DNA of 64,000 nucleotides from Alphaproteobacteria bacterium (GTDB lineage: Bacteria; Pseudomonadota; Alphaproteobacteria; RF32; CAG-239): assembly GCA_045637985.1 (NCBI GenBank), contig JAZUAM010000011.1, positions 2,764 to 66,763 on the forward strand, read 5' to 3'. Below, one piece after another: positions 58,211 through 64,000 of this stretch. The notes beneath the pieces are model-generated. The model saw only the letters and a program-made list of their open reading frames with translations, searched no databases and was not told the DNA's origin. The number at the start of each line of letters is the position of its first letter. The stretch's first letter is position 1. The position numbers and the translations under genes were made by a program.

Positions 58211-58933
58211 ATGTTTCCATTGCTTTCTGTTATAACTATTTGCAGAAATGAACCTTTTATTGAAGAAACCTGCAAAAGTATTGTTAATCAATCAAATCAA
58301 AGTTTTGAATGGATTGTTGTAGATGGTGCATCAACAGATGGTACTCTTGAAAAATTATCCAGATATCAAAAAAGAATAGACACTTTTATATCGGAAAAAG
58401 ATGGCGGTGTGTATTTTGCGATGAATAAAGGTATAACGCAAGCTCACGGCAAATATTTATTGTTTATGAATGGGGGAGACTTGTTTTACAATGAAGAAAT
58501 TGTTAAAATGATAACTCCCTATTTAACCAAAGAGCGAGCTGAGGTGTTTTATGGAGATTCATACAGATTGTTTGAAAATGAAAAAGATTGTTTTATAAAG
58601 ACATATCCTGACAAGATAACAAAATCTTTCTTCTTAACAAATACGTTAGCTCACCAGTCATCCTTTATAAAAAAAGAACTTTTTGAAAAATTTGGAGGAT
58701 ATAGAGAGGATTTCAGAATCGTAAGCGATAAAGAAAAATGGCTAAAATTTACAGATAATGATGTCAAATTTTTTCATATTCCCTATCCTCTGTCTTGCTT
58801 TAGGATGAATGGTCTTTCACGACAACAATCTGATATATTGATACAAGAAAAGAAAAAAATGTTAGAAGAATATTTTCCTAAAAATATGCTTTATGAAACC
58901 GATGTTCCTTATTTACAAAAAATTTTTGATTAA
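58211..58933 (+). CDS. Family 2 glycosyltransferase
   Basis: Start at the ATG preceded by AGGAG (58211). LSVITICRNE...VVDGASTDGT, DGG and an ED motif, typical of GT2. Confidence 0.8.
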   Translation: MFPLLSVITICRNEPFIEETCKSIVNQSNQSFEWIVVDGASTDGTLEKLSRYQKRIDTFISEKDGGVYFAMNKGITQAHGKYLLFMNGGDLFYNEEIVKMITPYLTKERAEVFYGDSYRLFENEKDCFIKTYPDKITKSFFLTNTLAHQSSFIKKELFEKFGGYREDFRIVSDKEKWLKFTDNDVKFFHIPYPLSCFRMNGLSRQQSDILIQEKKKMLEEYFPKNMLYETDVPYLQKIFD

Positions 58934-59061
58934 TTCAGAACATAACGTTGATACGATAGAGTTATAATTTATTTAAATGATAGCCAAGCAAATGATGCTA
59001 CAGTGTCGCAAAAATTAATTTAACTAAAAATAAATACTTGTTTTGATAGAATGCGCTGAAT

Positions 59062-59955
59062 TTGCTTGCTAATATTGTTGTTTGGAATTATCGAATGAGT
59101 TTATTTCAATTTTTTATCGGTTTGTTGCTATTGTTTTTTTGGGTTATACGCCCATTGCTGTATAAACCTATTGCTGAATATTTTCCGGCAAGGCAGTCCG
59201 TAACTTTTACTGCTTTTTACCTTATTTTAGGTCTAATTATTACTGAACCGGCTTTGGGACATTTAATAAATTTTAACGGAAAAAACTCTTTGTTTTCTCC
59301 ATATATTTTAATTTCCGTTTACAAAGGAATTGGTCTTTTTTATCTTGTTACTTTGCAACAAGTAATCAACAAAAAAAGCTTATCATCCTCTGTGTTTTTG
59401 AGTTTTATTGCAATGGCTTTGGGGTGTTTGGCCAACAATATCTTTTTTAATGAAAATATCGGATTGATTAAAGTTTTGTGCATTTGCGGTTTCGGTATTT
59501 TGGGCGTACTTTTTATATATAAAGGTGATGGCAAACGACTTTCTCGTACAGACGTTTCTTTCTTTTTTATTACGGCATTAATAATGGCATCATTTTCGGT
59601 ATCTGACCATGTAGCAATTCCTCAAGTCGGATGGTATGCTCATATGCTTGTTTCGTCTGTTGTGATGTGTTTGATGTGCTTGTTTTATAAAGATGCACGA
59701 ACCGGTTTTCGAATCGTATTCAGTGATAAAAAAATTGTTTATGCCGGAATAGCATATACAATGTCAGAATTTTTATGTATTTACGCCTCGATTAATATTT
59801 TACCGGTGTCAATCGTTGCTGTGTTTTTAAGATTGTCAGTTCCGGTAGTTATGATTATATCGGCAATAAAGTATAAAGAGCAAAGCGTAAAAAATCAGTT
59901 GAGTTTCAGTTTGATAGCAATTTTGCTAGCTCTGCCTATAATTTTGATGAAGTAA
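59062..59955 (+). CDS. Polytopic membrane protein, about 10 transmembrane helices, possibly DMT/EamA-like
   Basis: 297 aa, highly hydrophobic with about 10 helices. The likely start is MSLFQF at 59095. The family call is inference only. Confidence 0.4.
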   Translation: MLANIVVWNYRMSLFQFFIGLLLLFFWVIRPLLYKPIAEYFPARQSVTFTAFYLILGLIITEPALGHLINFNGKNSLFSPYILISVYKGIGLFYLVTLQQVINKKSLSSSVFLSFIAMALGCLANNIFFNENIGLIKVLCICGFGILGVLFIYKGDGKRLSRTDVSFFFITALIMASFSVSDHVAIPQVGWYAHMLVSSVVMCLMCLFYKDARTGFRIVFSDKKIVYAGIAYTMSEFLCIYASINILPVSIVAVFLRLSVPVVMIISAIKYKEQSVKNQLSFSLIAILLALPIILMK

Positions 59956-59966
59956 TCTTAGTTTGC

Positions 59967-60016
59967 AAAAAAAACCGACAGCGTCGACCTTAAAAAGGGC
60001 GACGCTGTTTGGTTTT
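59967..60016. terminator. Bidirectional terminator between convergent genes
   Basis: ACAGCGTCG/CGACGCTGT 9-bp stem, extended by AAACCG/TGGTTT. Flanked by an A-run and a T-run. Confidence 0.55.
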
Positions 60017-60026
60017 AAGAAGTTAC

Positions 60027-61259
60027 CTATAACTTAATGCCGGTGACATTGTAAAGGTACTTCTTTGTTCTTTCGGCAACTGTCTTCGGATCTGTGCCGG
60101 CAAGCTTGCTGTAACTGTCAAGAGCGCTGATGCGGTCAATGTAGTTATCAGCAATCGATGTCAACACCCATCGTCCCTCCGCGTTACGAATAATTTCAGC
60201 TTCCATAAGTTTCAGCCAAGCTAAAGAAATCCGTCTTTCTTTAGCTACAAACTCGTTTTCAGTAAACGTCTCTTCAAGGACGTTCAATTTGAAAACGTGT
60301 TTGTGTGGCTGAATAGCCGCTGTTCGACGAAACAGAATCGGATCTGTTTCGTATCTGCTGTTCGGTTTTGTTGGTATGGGAATCATATCAACAAAGCCTT
60401 CTTGGCAGATTAAGCGCCGTTTGTAGGCCGAGTACTCTTCATCAATCTCAAAATTAACAGCCGATACGGCAGTATAATCCTGAGCTGGAAGAAAGCTCCA
60501 TTTGTCGCCTAACAGCCTCTGCCACTCGTCCTTCGGCAAGATACTTACGTGCAGTGAGAAAATGTAGTATCCTGATAAATCTTTGGTCAAGAAGATACAT
60601 CTCTCCGGCAAGCTATCGACCTTTTCAGCCTTTTGCAAAAGACTGTACTCGTCAAGTTTGCAGTAATTTACCGCATCTCGCAACGAGATGGACATGATTA
60701 CATACTTACCAGCCTTCTCCAAATCTTCGATGAATGCCGGAATATCCTCGTAGGGGATATGCTCAGCAACATCGTTACAGAAGACAATGTCTGCTCGTTG
60801 ATATAACGGAGCAGAGAGCTCCGGAACACCGATGTCATAACGCTGCACAGTAACATTGCCATACTGAGTTACTTGAGACAGCTCAGCTGTCCTCATAGAG
60901 AGGCGCGCGCGGTCAAACCAAGGCTCGAGCATATTAAGGATATCCTCGTAGCTCTCTCCTTCTTGAAGCATATACTCAATGTCTCGCCCTTGCTCATTGA
61001 TTATCCAGCCTACGACATTGGCGGCATCACTTCGACCACAGCCGTAGTCCGTGATAATCAGAGTATTAAGCGTTAGACCCTGTTTAGATACCAACGCCAT
61101 CACATTAGCCATCATCTCTTTGATGAGATCATTGGCAGATGTCCCGTAAGAAGATGATTCACCATGCACCTCCGTGTAGAGTTCTTCGGTACTCAAACTT
61201 GCTTCGTAAAGAGAGTTTTCGTTGAGAAAGAAAACCTCTTGTTTCTTTTTTTGTTCCAT
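60027..61259 (-). CDS. Class I SAM-dependent methyltransferase with an extra C-terminal domain
   Basis: 410 aa. Motif I ITDYGCGRSD. Acidic motif II and DVAEHIPYED (motif III-like). The C-terminal 200 aa are unknown. Confidence 0.55.
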   Translation of the reverse strand: MEQKKKQEVFFLNENSLYEASLSTEELYTEVHGESSSYGTSANDLIKEMMANVMALVSKQGLTLNTLIITDYGCGRSDAANVVGWIINEQGRDIEYMLQEGESYEDILNMLEPWFDRARLSMRTAELSQVTQYGNVTVQRYDIGVPELSAPLYQRADIVFCNDVAEHIPYEDIPAFIEDLEKAGKYVIMSISLRDAVNYCKLDEYSLLQKAEKVDSLPERCIFLTKDLSGYYIFSLHVSILPKDEWQRLLGDKWSFLPAQDYTAVSAVNFEIDEEYSAYKRRLICQEGFVDMIPIPTKPNSRYETDPILFRRTAAIQPHKHVFKLNVLEETFTENEFVAKERRISLAWLKLMEAEIIRNAEGRWVLTSIADNYIDRISALDSYSKLAGTDPKTVAERTKKYLYNVTGIKL

Positions 61260-61365
61260 AAATATAGTAAATTAAAAGTTAGTATTTCCTGAGAGAGAAT
61301 TTACCATATTTTCTTGACAGAATCAACAAAATTTTATTCAGATGTTATGCAACCAGACAAAAACC

Positions 61366-62247
61366 TCACATTTCATCCATAAGTTTTTTGTAATAATCAA
61401 TAACAGCCCTTACTCGGGGAATATCTTTAGATTTCTTTTTAGCAATAAGGTATATGGTTGGTGTTTCCTCACATTTGAAATTATCTAAGGAGACAAAACC
61501 TTCTTCTTTACTGTAACGCAGAGGCATAATAGCGATACCTCCGCCACAACGAACGACCTCGGTCGCGGCATAAGTCGAATTGGTAACATAGCGAGTATGT
61601 TTGGCATTTTTTACAATATTTTTCCATTCGGGGATAAATTCTTGGAGCTGAACTCGAGTTATCATCCAATGATTTTCTAACATATCGTCAAAATCTTTGG
61701 GATATCCGCGTTCTGACAGATATTTGGGTGAGGCAAAATAGCCACATTCAATATTTTTGGAATATAAAATTACAACGTCATTATTATCAGGAGGAAGAAA
61801 TGTTAAACCGATGTCTGAATCCATATTATTAAAATTGGTGTTATCCATTACGGTACGATTTATGATATTTATATTAGGGTATTCATCAAAAAAATTACCA
61901 ATGGTTATAGGTAACAAATTTGTTGAAACGCTTAGCGGCATACTGACGAAAACGTCACCTTTTAAATCTTTGGGTGGAGAGCTATCTTGGTATATATTAT
62001 TGAAAATATCTTCGATTATATGTGCATGACGTACCAATTCTTTGCCACGAATGGATAATTGTGATCCCTTGGAAGAATTTATCAAAAGTTCATAGCCAAC
62101 TTCGCTTTCAAGAGCCGATATGTACTTATTAATTGTGTCTATAGATAGTCCGAGTATCTCCGAAACCCTCCTCTTGCCACCGCATTTATCAATTGCGGCT
62201 AAAATAAACAGGGCTTGAAAACTCATAAAATTCTTTTTTCTTATCAT
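61366..62247 (-). CDS. LysR-family transcriptional regulator
   Basis: N-terminal HTH LFILAAIDKCGGKRRVSEILGLSIDTINKYISALE. C-terminal LysR substrate-binding domain. Confidence 0.8.
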   Translation of the reverse strand: MIRKKNFMSFQALFILAAIDKCGGKRRVSEILGLSIDTINKYISALESEVGYELLINSSKGSQLSIRGKELVRHAHIIEDIFNNIYQDSSPPKDLKGDVFVSMPLSVSTNLLPITIGNFFDEYPNINIINRTVMDNTNFNNMDSDIGLTFLPPDNNDVVILYSKNIECGYFASPKYLSERGYPKDFDDMLENHWMITRVQLQEFIPEWKNIVKNAKHTRYVTNSTYAATEVVRCGGGIAIMPLRYSKEEGFVSLDNFKCEETPTIYLIAKKKSKDIPRVRAVIDYYKKLMDEM

Positions 62248-62370
62248 ATATTTCGAACTTTCTTGGGTTTCAAATCGATTTATAAAAATATTGTAACACT
62301 ATGAATATTGTGCATCTTTTTATAAACGTCAAGAAAAAATGATAAATTTATTTTTTGCAACTTATAGTTT

Positions 62371-62417
62371 AAAAAGCGGAAAGCCGCTGACCCTCAATTC
62401 AGCGGCTTTCTTGTTTT
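62371..62417 (-). terminator. Strong terminator hairpin
   Basis: GAAAGCCGCTG/CAGCGGCTTTC 11-bp stem. On the minus strand it is followed by TTTTT. Confidence 0.55.
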
Positions 62418-62650
62418 AGTTGTCTGCCATACTTACCCAGATACATGTGCATCTTGGTAAATAAGTAGGAGACCTAATCCGTACAAGGGTTGTTAGTAAC
62501 TCGAGGCGCTGTGATACGCTATTAATTTCTACCACCCTATAGGAAGAAATCAAACATCGCGAAGACAGCATAACTATCTCATTAGCACGACAACCCTTTC
62601 CATAAATCACCATGATTATCATCAAGATGATTAGAAAAATACAAAATAAA
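62418..62650 (-). other. GC-enriched structured segment, either a candidate ncRNA or a structured 3'UTR of the flavodiiron gene
   Basis: About 230 nt. It is visibly more GC-rich than the flanks and contains long-range complementary blocks (AAGGGTTGT / ACAACCCTT). The 79-aa ORF here is implausible. A strong terminator lies immediately downstream. Confidence 0.25.
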
Positions 62651-62725
62651 TACATAGCCTTAAATTTTAATGGGTATACTTATATAGTATTCTTCTTGTT
62701 TGTCAATAGCCTTTTTATAAAAAAA

Positions 62726-63892
62726 TTACATCAAAAGTGCATCGGCCAATTTTTCAAGTTGAGCGATATCTGATTTTTTTACGGCGGATTTGATTGTGAC
62801 TTTGTCTTCTATTATGTTAATATTTTTTAATGATGACATTTCGCTCATCATTTTTTGACCAGACGCCGGAGCCCATGAACCATTTTCAATAAAACCGACT
62901 TTGCGATTTTGATAATTTTTGGACTTTAGCTTGTTGATAAATGTTTCCATATACGGGAACAAACCACCGTCATATGTCGGTGATGCTAAAACCATTCTAT
63001 CATAACGAAAGGCATCTTCAACACATTCGGCGATATCATCTCGTGCTAAATCGGCAATTGCAACTTTGGCAGCTCCTTTTTGTAATAATATTTCTTTGAG
63101 CTTTTCTGCTGCAACTTTGGTGTTGCCGTAAATTGAAGTGTAAGCGATGAATATTCCTTCATCTTCCGGACGATAACTGCTCCATATATCGTATTTATTG
63201 ATGTAATAGCTCAAATTATCCGTCAACATCGGACCATGTAAAGGATAAATTTTTTGAATATCTAACGTTGCAGCTTTTTTTAGCAACGATTGAACCGGCG
63301 CACCATATTTTCCGACAATATTTATGTAATAACGACGAGCTTCGCAATCCCATTCTTCATCAACATCTAATGCTCCGAATTTACCGAAAGCATCTGCCGA
63401 AAAAAGTATTTTTTCTTTTTTATCATAAGCAACCATAACTTCCGGCCAATGCACCATAGGCGCCATAACAAATGTCAAACTGTGTTCGCCTAATGAAAGT
63501 TCACTCCCTTCAGCAACAACAATCTGTCTGTCGGTTAAATCTAAATCTTCAAAAAACTGCGACATCATTTGAAAAGTTTTGGCGTTAGCTACAACTTTAG
63601 CATTGGTGTATCGATTTAAGAACTTTTCGATACTTCCGGCATGATCCGGCTCCATATGTAAAACAACCAAATAATCGGGGGTGTTGCCGGATAAAACATT
63701 TTCAAGATTTTGGCACCATTCATCACAAAAACGCAAATCAACCGTATCCATTACGGCAATTTTATCATCTTTAATAACATATGAATTGTACGATATCCCG
63801 TTAGGAACAACATATTGCCCTTCGAATAAGTCTATCTCTTTATCATCAACACCAATATAGTAAATGTTGTCGGTTAACTGATTATTTTGCAT
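62726..63892 (-). CDS. Flavodiiron protein (FprA / rubredoxin:oxygen oxidoreductase-like), metallo-beta-lactamase plus flavodoxin domains
   Basis: 388 aa. N-terminal di-iron beta-lactamase-like domain (HMEPDH-type His cluster) and a C-terminal flavodoxin-like domain (TSIYGNT). Confidence 0.85.
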   Translation of the reverse strand: MQNNQLTDNIYYIGVDDKEIDLFEGQYVVPNGISYNSYVIKDDKIAVMDTVDLRFCDEWCQNLENVLSGNTPDYLVVLHMEPDHAGSIEKFLNRYTNAKVVANAKTFQMMSQFFEDLDLTDRQIVVAEGSELSLGEHSLTFVMAPMVHWPEVMVAYDKKEKILFSADAFGKFGALDVDEEWDCEARRYYINIVGKYGAPVQSLLKKAATLDIQKIYPLHGPMLTDNLSYYINKYDIWSSYRPEDEGIFIAYTSIYGNTKVAAEKLKEILLQKGAAKVAIADLARDDIAECVEDAFRYDRMVLASPTYDGGLFPYMETFINKLKSKNYQNRKVGFIENGSWAPASGQKMMSEMSSLKNINIIEDKVTIKSAVKKSDIAQLEKLADALLM

Positions 63893-64000
63893 ATTTCTTC
63901 CTTGTCAGTAATAGTTAATATTAATTGTAGAATTAATCTTTGATGCAATGTTTTGCAAGTAAAATATATCGAAAACCATTTTTTATTTGACAAAAAATTT

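Noticed and set aside
58012-58251. 79-aa + strand ORF spanning the cassette 2 / GT2 junction
   Set aside because: It crosses the conserved repeat boundary and the GT2 Shine-Dalgarno and has no recognisable motif. It is likely non-coding.
62416-62655. 79-aa ORF in the GC-rich segment
   Set aside because: It is low-complexity and hydrophobic, has no Shine-Dalgarno, and the sequence is better explained as structured RNA or a gene remnant. I also considered and rejected tmRNA (no GGTTCGA T-arm, no tag ORF ending in AA), SRP RNA and RNase P.

Overview
This 64-kb window is AT-rich (GC looks near one third by eye, not computed) and reads like an alphaproteobacterial chromosome. The alphaproteobacterial signal comes from a near-canonical CtrA regulator, the conserved yfgM-bamB-der block, a PAS-GGDEF sensor, two-component elements, FliI/FliJ flagellar export genes and duplicated VirB8 paralogs. 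The duplicated VirB8, the anaerobic toolkit (class III ribonucleotide reductase NrdD plus its activase NrdG, L-serine dehydratase, a flavodiiron protein) and several in-frame gene disruptions suggest a host-associated or symbiont lifestyle with ongoing gene decay.

Most of the window is tightly packed housekeeping genes: sdaA, fba, tkt, rlmD-like, der, sod, ctrA, nrdDG, cspA, suhB-like, pepF, uppP, xseA, alaS, tspO, sfsA, map, radC, marC, murA. There are three tRNA genes (initiator Met, Leu-CAG, Thr-GGU), and each sits next to accessory or repeat-bounded DNA.

The most unusual structure lies 3' of tRNA-Thr. A perfect 19-nt duplication of the tRNA 3' end is followed by at least two tandem, repeat-bounded, integrase-less single-gene cassettes. 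One carries a Nudix hydrolase, the other a Fic AMP-transferase of the autoinhibited class III type, closely resembling the Neisseria meningitidis Fic (NmFic). A glycosyltransferase, membrane protein, methyltransferase and LysR block follows.

Other notable items: (1) NrdD whose glycyl-radical tail is a separate in-frame ORF behind two stop codons, with putative NrdR boxes upstream. (2) A Q/N-rich protein interrupted by one in-frame amber codon. (3) A GlmU uridyltransferase domain without its acetyltransferase half. (4) Orphan tandem VirB8 paralogs next to an outer-membrane-factor (OMF)/Ig-domain lipoprotein. (5) A fusion of AmmeMemoRadiSam system proteins B and A. (6) A repeat-flanked islet at tRNA-Leu. 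(7) Several candidate small RNAs or structured elements. No CRISPR array or rRNA was seen.
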